From assembly GCA_964541375.1 (NCBI GenBank), contig CAZIPT010000004.1, positions 1-60,052 of the forward strand: a stretch of 60,052 bases of DNA, read 5' to 3'. Below are positions 1 to 9,048 of this stretch, one piece after another. The DNA comes from an uncultured Eubacteriales bacterium (GTDB lineage: Bacteria; Actinomycetota; Coriobacteriia; Anaerosomatales; JAAXUF01). Under the pieces are notes generated by a model. The model made no database searches and was not told the DNA's origin. It saw only the letters and a program-made list of their open reading frames with translations. Each line of letters opens with the position of its first letter. The first letter of the stretch is position 1. The translations under genes and the position numbers were made by a program.

Positions 1-2
1 TC

Positions 3-125
3 AAGCGGCTGGGCGCGCACGTGACCATCACCGCGGCAGGCTACGGCGGTGCGAGTCCCGTGGCCTCGAACAACTCCAAGTCGGGTGCAGCGAAGAATCG
101 CCGAGCAGAGCTGCTACTGAAGTAG
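3..125 (+). CDS. OmpA-like peptidoglycan-binding domain protein, 3' end only (runs off window)
   Basis: Manual translation KRLGAHVTITAAGYGGASPVASNNSKSGAAKNRRAELLLK* matches the OmpA C-terminal GYG..P.ASN....G...NRR.E motif. Confidence 0.8.
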   Translation, partial: KRLGAHVTITAAGYGGASPVASNNSKSGAAKNRRAELLLK

Positions 126-173
126 CTTTCCGGCGGACAGTATCGGGTGTGCCCTTGACCCGAGAACCAGGAA

Positions 174-206
174 GGGCCGGCGGGGGAGCGAAGTCCCCGC
201 CGGCCC
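174..206. terminator. GC-rich hairpin, probable terminator
   Basis: Perfect 12-bp inverted repeat GGGCCGGCGGGG/CCCCGCCGGCCC between the OmpA-like gene and the partial tRNA copy. Confidence 0.65.
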
Positions 207-218
207 GCTGCTGTTCCT

Positions 219-263
219 TGGTGCCCCCGAGACGATTAGAACGTCCGACACCAGGTGTAGGAA
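219..263 (-). repeat. att-like duplication of the 3' part of tRNA-Arg(CCT)
   Basis: 43/45 identity to 3648-3692 (mismatches at 238 and 257); identity ends exactly at the anticodon-loop boundary. Confidence 0.92.
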
Positions 264-359
264 GCTAACTAGTCGTGGTTCCGATGGTCGCTGCTGAGTG
301 CGCATGGTGCCGTTCAGCCTTGCCGATGAGCGCAGTCAGCTCTGGTGGATCACGGCCAA

Positions 360-381
360 TCCGTGGCAGATCAGTAGCAGA
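360..381 (+). repeat. Tandem 11-bp repeat, putative integrase arm-type sites (left end)
   Basis: TCCGTGGCAGA-TCAGTAGCAGA; CAGATCAGTAGCAGA at 367-381 is identical to 3564-3578. Confidence 0.6.
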
Positions 382-395
382 CGGAAGGCTGGCCT

Positions 396-3353
396 CTACC
401 TCACGGTGACGATCTTGGTGACCGGACCGCTGTTCGTGTAGTCGGTTCCGGTGTAGGAGATCGACATCTTCCACTTGCCGGCCGTCTTGGGCTTGTAGCG
501 ATAGGACAGATAGCCGTCGGAGGCTCGCCCGCTCATGGTCTTGGTGGTGACGGTCTTGTAGTAGGTCTTCTTGTAGTGGATTGTCCTGCGACGAATCCTC
601 CTGTGTGCGGTCACGGTCACTCTGCGAGACAGCGTGATCGTGGCGGTACCCGCTCCCGCAGCAGCTGGTGGCGAGATGTGTCCGTGGAAGGTCGCGTACT
701 TGCCGTGGGTGGGGCGGGAAGATGCTGCGGGTTCAAAGAGCGCTGTGATCGCGGCGAGACTGACATCCAGTCGCGTCGTGGCACCGGCAGTCGTGGCTAC
801 CAGCCGGGTGGCGGGGGCGTATCCAGACATGGAGAAGGTCACCCTATGTGTTCCCGGAGCCACACCGGCAACCGAGTAGGTCCCGTTAGCCTCCGTGCTG
901 GCCAGCGGGCATTCCGGCACAGAGACCGAAACCCCCGCGAGCGGGTTGCCGCCCCAGGTTACCCTGCCCTGCAAGGTGCCGCCATCGACGAGGAAGACGT
1001 AGGTGTTTATGCCCCCGATCAGCGTGCTGCTCTGGGACCCTGTGTTCACAGAGTCGGCCATCTGGCTGTCAGCGGCGAAGGCGTACAGGACGTGCACTCC
1101 GAGTTGCAGCGGCTGCGTGATGCCGCTCCGTGTCGCGCCGCTGCCAGTCGCCTTGAGCCAGGCGCCCTGGACTGTGTCCACTTGGTAGTAGATGTCGCGT
1201 ACTGATGGCGCGTTCGGGGCGAAGGCGCTTGCGGCCGTGAAGGTGAATGTCGGGTTGGGTGAGGAGGTGCGGTCCGAAGGCAGAGGCGTGATGGCCACCG
1301 TCAAGGGCACCGGCTGTTCATTCTGCTCGTCGATGACGGTGACGTCGTGACTGCTGTAGTTCACGACATAGACCCTGTTCGTCACCGGGTTGACCGCAAG
1401 GCTCAGGGGATTTGTCCCCACCGCGACAGTGGTCACGGCGCTGGTGATCCCGTCGACGACGTTGACGTTCGTTGTGTCCGTGTTGGCGACGTAGACCTTG
1501 TTCGACACGGGGTTGACGGCGACGGCAGCCGGATACGCCCCCGCCGCGACCGTGTTGGCTGCGTTCGTGGCCCCGTTGATCACCGTGACGTTGTGGCTCG
1601 CCCAGTTGGTCACGTACACCGTGTTCGTCACAGCGTTGACAGCCACGTCGCTGGCACTGCTGCCGACCGGGACCGTGCTGGGGCCGTTCGTGGCCCCGTT
1701 GATGACTGTGACCGTGCTCCTGTTGGCGACGTATATCTTGTTGGTCACCGGGTTGACCGCCACGGCCTCGGGATTCGTCCCAGCCGCAACCGTGCTGGTT
1801 GCGTTGGTGGCGCCGTCGATGACGGTGACGTTGTTGCTACCCCGGTTGGCGACGTAGACCTTGTTCGTCACGGGGTTCACCGCCACGGCCCTCGGGTTTG
1901 TCCCGGCTACGACTGTGCTGGTGGCGTTCGTGGCCCCATCGATCACGGTGACGTTGCGGCTGCCATAGTTGGCGACGTAGACCTTGTTCGTCACGGAGTT
2001 GACCGCGATAGCCTGTGGATTCGTCCCGGCTGCGACTGTGCTGGTGGCGTTCGTGTCCCCGTTGATCACCGTGACATCGTGGCTGTTGTAGTTCGCGACG
2101 TAGATCCTATTGGTCATTGGGTTGACCGCCACGGCCTCCGGGCTCGTCCCTGCCGCAACGGTATTCACAGCGTTGGTGGTTCCGTCGATGACCGTGACGT
2201 CGCTGCTACCCCGGTTGCCGACGTAGATCTTGTTCGTCACAGGGTTGACTGCGATAGGACGCGGACTCATCCCTGCATCCACCGTACTCCTGGCGTTGGT
2301 GGCACCGTCGATCACGGTCACGTCGCTGCTGTCACGGTTGGCCACTTAGACCTTGCCGGTCACGGGGTTGACAGCGACGCCGTATGGGCCGTCCCCGGCT
2401 CCGACAGTAGAAGCCGTGTCCGTCGCTCCGTCGATCACCGTCACGTTATCGCCAAAGAAGTTCGCCACGTAGATCCTGTTGGTCGACGGGTTGAGACCCA
2501 CTGACCACGGTGTCGCCCCTGCGACGACGGTAGTCAGGACGTCATCGGCGTCTCCGTCGATGACTGTCACGTTGTTGTCACCCTGGTTCGCCACGTAGAT
2601 CTTGTTTGTCACAGGGTTGGCGGCCAACGCTCTGGGCCGATAGCCCGTGGAGACCTTGCCCACTGTGAGATCGCTCGCCCCGTCGAGAACAGACAGGACG
2701 TCGCTGTCGTAGTTCGCTACGTAGACCTTGTTGGTCACGGGATTGATGGCCAAAGCGCAGGGCGTCGTTCCAACGCCGATGTCGACAGTGGAGTGCAGTG
2801 CGCCGTCGATTACCGTCACCGACATCCCGTTGTAGTTGGCCGTGTAGATCTTGTTGGTTAGCGGGTTGACGGCGACGGCACTTGGATTCGTTCCAACAAC
2901 GATTCTGGCGGTTGAGTTACTGGAGCCGTCGATCTCGGTCACGCTGGAACTCATGAAGTTGGCGACGTAGATCTTGTTGGTCACGGAGTTGACGGCCAGG
3001 GACTGCGGGCGCGCCTCGACAGCCACGGTGACGACGGAGTTGGTGGCGCCATCGATCACAGATACGGTGTCGCTGTCTTTGTTGGCCACGTAGATCTTGT
3101 TGGTCACGGAGTTGACGGCGACTGCCCAAGGTTGCGACCCAACAGCAATGGTCGCCGTGGTGTTGGCAGCGCCATCGATCACCGTGACGGTCGAGCTGGA
3201 GTAGTTGGCCACGTAGACCTTGTTGGTAACTGGGTTGACCGAAGCGGTCCAAGGAAAGGTCCCGGCCGGCACTGCTAGCACACTCTGTGCGGCCCCGAGG
3301 ACGAAGGCGACGACCAGCACTGGCAGAACTACCGTGCGGAGATACCCATTCAT
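396..3353 (-). pseudogene. Secreted YncE/YVTN-type beta-propeller protein (16 repeats) with carboxypeptidase-regulatory-like domain and basic C-terminal domain; in-frame TAA at 2346-2348
   Basis: ORFs 2346-3482 and 396-2345 abut in the same frame; KV*VAN replaces the repeat consensus KVYVAN; ATG 3353 with GAAAGGGG RBS and a signal peptide. Confidence 0.85.
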
Positions 3354-3556
3354 CACCGTTCCCCTTTCGGCGTGTTTCGGTCGGCTTTCCCTTCGCTTTG
3401 AACGCCAACGGCACGACGACGAGGATTCGTTGCGGGAGCACGCCGAGGCGCGAGCATCACTTTGTCGCGAACGCCCTCTCACATGAAGGGAGAAGGCTCA
3501 TCCGCATACTAGTTTCATACCCGCCGCTCAATCCCCGCCCCGCTTCGGTCCTGGAC

Positions 3557-3578
3557 TCAGTATCAGATCAGTAGCAGA
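3557..3578 (+). repeat. Tandem 11-bp repeat, putative integrase arm-type sites (tRNA end)
   Basis: TCAGTATCAGA-TCAGTAGCAGA, 70 bp from the tRNA 3' end. Confidence 0.6.
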
Positions 3579-3647
3579 GGTCAACCAGCCCCCACAACAG
3601 AACAGGCCAGCCAGGGCGTGAAACCCTCGCTGACCTGCTGTTTTCTG

Positions 3648-3723
3648 TGGTGCCCCCGAGACGATTCGAACGTCCGACACCAGGTTTAGGAAACCTGTGC
3701 TCTATCCCCTGAGCTACGGGGGC
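3648..3723 (-). tRNA. tRNA-Arg(CCT)
   Basis: 76-nt cloverleaf GCCCCCG...CGGGGGC-ACCA; anticodon arm CAGGT-TTCCTAA-ACCTG; GTTCGAA T-loop. Confidence 0.97.
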
Positions 3724-3924
3724 GAATGGTGCCCCAACGGGGCAGTCGGTATTGTAGCGCGACGCCTACGGTTCTGGGAGACGGAGCCGGCGGCGGTGGC
3801 CTATCTTCACACGCAGCAGACGCGCGGGCGTTGCGCGCATCGCTGTAGCGGGTACGCACATCGAGTAGGAGGCCGTCTGCTCGCCTCCTTCGATCCGGCG
3901 ACCCCTGAGAAGGAGTAGAGAGTC

Positions 3925-4296
3925 ATGAAGCTCAACAAAGCGCTCGCGGCTGGCCTGCTGCTCGCACTGGTCCTCGCCCTCGTCGGCTGCTCAGGCAGTG
4001 GCGCCACATCGAGCCCGCCGTCCAGTGGAACCGCCCCCGCGAGCACGTCTGCCGCCGGGGCAACAGTCGTCGAGAAGGGCTTCGCGTTCGACCCGGCGAC
4101 GCTCGACGTCAAGGTGGGCGACACGGTCACCTTCAAGAACGAGGACTCGGCACCACACAACGTGAGCATCGACGGCAAGGAGCTCGGCAACCAGGATCAG
4201 GGCGCAAGCGTCACCTGGACCGCCGAGAAGGCCGGTTCGTTCCCGTACTCGTGCACCATTCACCCGGCGATGACCGGTGAGATAGTCGTCAAGTAG
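3925..4296 (+). CDS. Cupredoxin (plastocyanin/azurin family) lipoprotein
   Basis: Lipobox LVGC; type-1 copper ligands HN...CTIHPAM. Confidence 0.9.
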   Translation: MKLNKALAAGLLLALVLALVGCSGSGATSSPPSSGTAPASTSAAGATVVEKGFAFDPATLDVKVGDTVTFKNEDSAPHNVSIDGKELGNQDQGASVTWTAEKAGSFPYSCTIHPAMTGEIVVK

Positions 4297-4320
4297 CGGG
4301 CGCGACCGGAACGGAGCGTT

Positions 4321-4986
4321 GTGGACACCAGCCTTCTGCTCTCGCTTGCATTGATCGCCCTAGGTATTGCCGCCAACCCTCCTGGCATCGTCGTGCAGAT
4401 CGGTGTCTTGTCGACGCCGAACGGTCGCACCAAAGGGCTCGTATACCTTGCGGGGCTTCTGGTGTCGTTGGTTGCGTTCGCTGCTCTGGCGGTAGCCATC
4501 TTTGGCCGATTCGATCTCTCGACAAAAGGAACGCCCACCACTGCCGCGTACGTGATACACCTCATCGCCGGGTTGATCGTCGTCGGGGCGGGGATCTGGC
4601 TCTGGCGTCAGCCAGCGCAGGCGGTGGGTGGGTTCATCGGAAAGGCACTGGAGGATCTGGGCACGATAAAGCTCGGCACGGTGTTCCTGCTGGGCTTCCT
4701 TCTGGTGAACTACCCCCTCGAGATCGCCGGCGCCACGACCATCCTGCAGGCGAAGCCCCCAACCACGGGTGCCGCGATCGCCTACTTCCTCTACTTCGTC
4801 ATCATTGCGAGCTCGACGATCTGGCTGCCCGTCGTCATCCAGATGGCCGCCGCCGGCAAGTGGGACGACTGGTCGACGGCGTCCCGCACTTGGATCGTGA
4901 AGGACGGCAATGTCGTTTTGGGCGCGCTGATACTGGTAATCGGAGTCGCGATTGCAGTGCAGGCGGCGCTTGCACTCATCAAGTAG
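4321..4986 (+). CDS. GAP/Sap-like integral membrane protein
   Basis: About 6 hydrophobic helices; N-terminal ALGIAANP and late W...DGNVV pattern resembling the GAP family. Confidence 0.65.
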   Translation: MDTSLLLSLALIALGIAANPPGIVVQIGVLSTPNGRTKGLVYLAGLLVSLVAFAALAVAIFGRFDLSTKGTPTTAAYVIHLIAGLIVVGAGIWLWRQPAQAVGGFIGKALEDLGTIKLGTVFLLGFLLVNYPLEIAGATTILQAKPPTTGAAIAYFLYFVIIASSTIWLPVVIQMAAAGKWDDWSTASRTWIVKDGNVVLGALILVIGVAIAVQAALALIK

Positions 4987-5048
4987 TCGCCCGCGAAGCC
5001 GAATCGGACGGGGAGCTAGGCGGAGTCACTGGCCAGTCGTCAAGTAGC

Positions 5049-6056
5049 TCACTGGGTCGGGGCCGGGCGCCCCTCCCGCACGTGGCAGCGGGCGCAGAAG
5101 AGCGACGAATGGCACTCGAGGCACTTTCCCACGCCCGTATCTCGGGCGGTGATGAAGTGCTGCTTTACCCACGGCCCCTTCGAGGGGTCGTACTCCTTGT
5201 GATGGCACTTCGTGCACATGTCGGGCTTGGCGCTGTGGCACCGGTCGCAGACAGCGCGATTCGCCTGCGCGGTGGCGGCGTGGCCGGTCTTGCCCTGGGC
5301 CCACCGCTTGGGATGTGGCATCTCCAAGCCGTGGCAGTTCGTGCAGAACTCCTTCTTGTGACACATGCCGCACTGCTGCTGGTCGGCCTTCCATAGCTTG
5401 CCGTGGTCGGCAGACTTCCAGGCTTTGACCTCGTGGGACTTGGGCAGCAGCTGGTAGTCGGCCGGGTGGCATAGGCGACAGTCCGCCGACGCCTTAGGGG
5501 TCGCGGGATTGCCGTGGCAGGTGTAGCACTGCGCCATCAGCGAGATCGCCTTGCCGCGGGTTTCCACCGGGTGTGCGGTTCTCACATGGCAGGAGACGCA
5601 AGAGCCGTTGCGCTTGGCGTGCTTCGGGTGGTCGATGATGATCCGGAAGCCGGACGTGGCCTTTCGGTTCACGTCATGACACTGCAGGCACACCGCATCG
5701 GGCACAGGATTCGTGCCCGGGACCTTCGAATCGACCGGGTCCTTGTAGTCGCCCTTCACGTGGACAGTGACATCGCGCACCAGCAGCTGGCCCCTGCCGA
5801 CAAGTCGCTGCGGCAGCGCATACCATGGAGTCGGGTCCTGGTGGCACTTCACGCAGCCGACCTCGGTGTGAGCGGACTTGGTCCACGTCGCATATCGCGG
5901 TTTCATCTCATGGCACGACGCGCACAGGCGTGGCGAGGCCGTCGCGAAGTCGATCGTCACTGCGAGCGCCAGCAGGATGACGAGCGTCACAGCGGCGATG
6001 ACAAGCCAACTCCGCGCGGAACGCGGAGCGCGGTCGATTCCCGGCTCACCACCCAT
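5049..6056 (-). CDS. Membrane-anchored multiheme cytochrome c (12 CxxCH; NapC/NirT-like N-terminus)
   Basis: N-terminal TM helix; 12 CxxCH motifs counted; first motif CASCHEM as in NapC/NrfH. Confidence 0.9.
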   Translation of the reverse strand: MGGEPGIDRAPRSARSWLVIAAVTLVILLALAVTIDFATASPRLCASCHEMKPRYATWTKSAHTEVGCVKCHQDPTPWYALPQRLVGRGQLLVRDVTVHVKGDYKDPVDSKVPGTNPVPDAVCLQCHDVNRKATSGFRIIIDHPKHAKRNGSCVSCHVRTAHPVETRGKAISLMAQCYTCHGNPATPKASADCRLCHPADYQLLPKSHEVKAWKSADHGKLWKADQQQCGMCHKKEFCTNCHGLEMPHPKRWAQGKTGHAATAQANRAVCDRCHSAKPDMCTKCHHKEYDPSKGPWVKQHFITARDTGVGKCLECHSSLFCARCHVREGRPAPTQ

Positions 6057-6216
6057 GACGTCTCACCTACCTCGCGGTTCGAAGCTCGCGGCCGAGATTC
6101 TCGGCTGAAGACCCACCGTTGCAGTGCATAAGAATGCTGGCTCGTGGCCTGCCTCGCAAATGTGGTGCCTCTTGCCCGGTGTCATGCGTGCGAGTCGTCA
6201 TCCCGCTCCACGCGGA

Positions 6217-7335
6217 CTACGGCGTCCCAGTCCCCACGCCAGCAAGCGCCGACCACGCGCCGGCCTTGGTCCCCGGCCAGCTGTAGAGGCTCGCGCCAAT
6301 GCATCCGCTCTCCTGAGTGCCGCGCACAAACGCCTGGACTTCGGCGGTCGAGGACTTCTCGGCGATGCCGCCGATCATGTGGATCGGGACAGCCGAGCAT
6401 CCCGGCTTCGAGCGCAGGATGCGGGCGTTGCCGACCGTGTCCGAGTACGAGAGTGCCGCGCCCTTGCCGTGGTAGGTGTAGTAGCCCATCGGCACGAAGA
6501 CGTCGTAGATAGGCGCTAGGTCGGTGTAGGGAAAAGTACCCCAGTAGCTGCCCTTCCTCGAGAGACCAACGGGCGATGGAATGATGGCGCCGAGAGGATA
6601 CGCCGGCCCTACCGCTGCGCGAATCTGCCGGGAGAGCGCCATCAGTGCGCGGTTGCGCGGCTTCTGCGACTTGATGGCGCCCGACTCGATGTCCAGCGCG
6701 AACGAGTCGAACCTCTGACCGTCGCTTGTTTGCAGCTGAATCGCCGAGTTGATCCGGGAGAAGTCCTTTGCCGGGTCGATCATGTCCGGCAGGTACCAGG
6801 CAACGATCTTCATGTCGTGCGCGTGCGACTCGCTGATGAACTGCTTGATCTTCTCGGGTTTGAAGAGCTCGCCGCTGGATCGCGAGTTGCCGGTTTCGAG
6901 GTAGAGCGTCTTGACCCCGTGAGCGGCCATGTCGGCTACGGCGGCAGCCGGATCCTTCCAAGCGCGGTCGTCGTAGATGTCCACCCAGCTGCCCAGCCCG
7001 CGGTACGCGCCGATTCGGGTTTGAGCCGGAGCCGGAACAGGCGTCGGAGCGCCGGGGGCAGGGGAGGGGGCGGGGGCGGTCGCGACCGGCGTCGCCGTCG
7101 GCAAGGACGGGGCCGAGGAGGTCCAGCTCGGCTGGGCGCTGTGCGACGCGGAGCTCGCGGTCGGAGAGGCCTCGATAGGTGCCGAGGTGCTCGGCGTCGA
7201 TGACGTGCCGCGCGAGTTGCCTTGGCTCAGCGCGTAGACGCCGACGCCTGTGCCGATCAGCACGATGCCGCCAACCAGGAGGCCCAGCCCGAGCATGACG
7301 AGCTGTCGTCCTGACAGTTGGGGCAGTGCCGGCAT
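6217..7335 (-). CDS. Membrane-anchored putative glycoside hydrolase (TIM-barrel-like)
   Basis: ATG 7335 with GAGGAGG RBS; TM helix, Ser/Pro/Thr linker, then domain with FALDIES and VFVPMGYY motifs. Confidence 0.6.
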   Translation of the reverse strand: MPALPQLSGRQLVMLGLGLLVGGIVLIGTGVGVYALSQGNSRGTSSTPSTSAPIEASPTASSASHSAQPSWTSSAPSLPTATPVATAPAPSPAPGAPTPVPAPAQTRIGAYRGLGSWVDIYDDRAWKDPAAAVADMAAHGVKTLYLETGNSRSSGELFKPEKIKQFISESHAHDMKIVAWYLPDMIDPAKDFSRINSAIQLQTSDGQRFDSFALDIESGAIKSQKPRNRALMALSRQIRAAVGPAYPLGAIIPSPVGLSRKGSYWGTFPYTDLAPIYDVFVPMGYYTYHGKGAALSYSDTVGNARILRSKPGCSAVPIHMIGGIAEKSSTAEVQAFVRGTQESGCIGASLYSWPGTKAGAWSALAGVGTGTP

Positions 7336-7630
7336 AGCGCCTCCTCGGGCTACTGAGGGCCGTCGTGATCGAGTCGATTCTCCTGCATTTGCGTTCTGGT
7401 CGCTCGACTCCTTCGATGCGCAAGCGAAATGCCAACGACCGGCGGGCGCGCGTACGGACGCGCGGAGGGTGCGCGTGCGCGTTGTTGGCGAGGACAGTCG
7501 GGCCGCGTTTGCGGCACTTGACAGGCGAGCGAGGGGGCACTTACCTGAGCTCTGGGGAATTGCTCTTTTGGGGTGACGTCGACGCTGGTGATGAGCCGGC
7601 AGAAGCTCGAGATTACAGGGGAGATGCATG

Positions 7631-8134
7631 ATGAAGACGCTGGTCGTGTACGGAACCAAGTCCGGATGCACCGCCGGAATCGCCGACCGCATCGGAATCG
7701 ATCTGGGAAAGCAGGGCGTCACGGTCGACGTTGTGCCCGCCGAGAAAGCTGGCGATCCCGCAGGCTACGATGCGGTCGTGGTGGGCAGCGGGATCCGCGC
7801 CGGGCAGTGGCATGCGTCCGCGAAGCGGTGGGTCGAGGCCAATGCCGAGGCACTCAAGTCGATGCCCGTGGCCTTCTTCACGTGCGGCATGATGATTCGC
7901 GAGGAGGGCAAGCAGGCCGAGGTCCTCGCCTACACGGATCCGATCATCGCAGCCACCGGGATCACGCCCGTCGACATCGGGCTCTTCTCTGGCTGGTTCG
8001 AGGCCGAGCAGTTCGGCTTTGCCGAGCGCTCCATTCTCAAGCTCATGAAGACCCCCGAGGGCGACTTCCGCGACTGGGCCGCCATCGACGCATGGACCGA
8101 GAGGGTCGCTCCCGCGCTCAGCGTCGGTGCATAG
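7631..8134 (+). CDS. Flavodoxin-domain protein (HemG-like)
   Basis: VVYGTKSGCTAGIA FMN loop; GDFRDW C-terminal motif. Confidence 0.85.
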   Translation: MKTLVVYGTKSGCTAGIADRIGIDLGKQGVTVDVVPAEKAGDPAGYDAVVVGSGIRAGQWHASAKRWVEANAEALKSMPVAFFTCGMMIREEGKQAEVLAYTDPIIAATGITPVDIGLFSGWFEAEQFGFAERSILKLMKTPEGDFRDWAAIDAWTERVAPALSVGA

Positions 8135-8159
8135 CGCGCGGGCGCGAGGCGGTGAGGGT

Positions 8160-8381
8160 GTGGTCAGCGCCAACATCCTGGCCGGCGTGACGTGGGGTCT
8201 GTGGCACGCGCCGTTCATCTTGCTCGGATTCAACTATGGCAACCTGTGCATCCTGGGCATAGTCATGTGCGGGCGGCTCGTTCCTCCGGGCCGCTTGATG
8301 TGTCGGTCGAGGGAGTACTTGGGGTCAGTGTGTGCTCCAGCGATCATCTACCGAGCGAACGAAGGCGGGGTGAGGACGTGA
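8160..8381 (+). pseudogene. Fragment of a CPBP/Abi intramembrane protease gene
   Basis: GVTWGLWHAPFILLGFNY motif present; N-terminal EE motif region absent. Confidence 0.55.
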
Positions 8382-8824
8382 ACGTACGCATCGGCTCGGC
8401 ACTGCTCGCGCTGGTTCTGGCGGGGGTAGTGGCGGGATGCTCGGCAGGAAGTCCGGCCAAGAGTCCCGGCGGCGGTACCGCGCCAGCCGGGCAGACTGGC
8501 GGCCAGGGCGCTACGCAGGTAGCGCCGGGACTCTACGACCAGGCCGACGGGACGGTGCAGGCGGTCGGCAGGCTGGAGTATCGAGACCTCGAAGGCGGCA
8601 TGTGGGCGATCGTCGGCGGCAGTGAGGCAACCGGTGACGCGGGCAAGACTGTCGCCGTGATCGCCAACGCCAACGACCTGGGATCGCAGCTTCAGGCGCT
8701 CAAGGGAGAACAGGTGGTTGCCAAGGGGCAGAAGTTCGACGGCGCGTCGATCCGTATGGCCGGGCCCGAGATCACCGTGATGAGTATCGAGCGGGTATCG
8801 GACACTCACGGCGCAGCTCAGTAG
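8378..8824 (+). CDS. Hypothetical lipoprotein
   Basis: GTG 8378; lipobox VAGC; DLEGGMW motif. Confidence 0.75.
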   Translation: MNVRIGSALLALVLAGVVAGCSAGSPAKSPGGGTAPAGQTGGQGATQVAPGLYDQADGTVQAVGRLEYRDLEGGMWAIVGGSEATGDAGKTVAVIANANDLGSQLQALKGEQVVAKGQKFDGASIRMAGPEITVMSIERVSDTHGAAQ

Positions 8825-8867
8825 TCGCGCCCGACGCTGCGAGACAACCACTCCCGCTTCCTTCCCG

Positions 8868-8975
8868 GAACACGAAGAAGCCCGGCTCTGCCAAACCGGG
8901 CTTCTTCGTACAAGGAGGGGGGATGACTATGTGGTTTCTTGGGTTCGAGCCTTGGCTAGAGGCCTTTGCCGCAAC
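8868..8975 (-). ncRNA. Candidate sRNA with anti-SD motif (or small ORF 8923-9009 on + strand)
   Basis: Minus strand reads CAUCCCCCCUCCUU directly before the terminator; CCGATAG promoter-like motif upstream. Confidence 0.3.
8872..8909. terminator. Intrinsic terminator hairpin
   Basis: Perfect 14-bp inverted repeat ACGAAGAAGCCCGG/CCGGGCTTCTTCGT. Confidence 0.8.
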
Positions 8976-9048
8976 CCCACTATCGGACATGCGTGCGAAG
9001 GCCAAATGAATCGGGTTTGGAGATAGTGTGGAGGATGGAGGTGCCCGC

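Larger units (their letters stand above)
219..3692. mobile_element. Small tRNA-Arg-integrated genomic island with no integrase inside
   Basis: 45-bp direct repeat of the tRNA 3' end, period 3429 bp; repeats inside both ends; single cargo gene. Confidence 0.8.

Noticed and set aside
1340-3260. Regular ~126-bp nucleotide repeats that could be taken for a CRISPR or DNA repeat array
   Set aside because: They are in-frame 42-aa beta-propeller repeats with synonymous variation; no spacers or cas genes.
3727-3744. TGGTGCCCC next to the tRNA 5' end, resembling a third att copy
   Set aside because: Only 9 bp and part of a small hairpin (TGCCCC/GGGGCA); too short to support.
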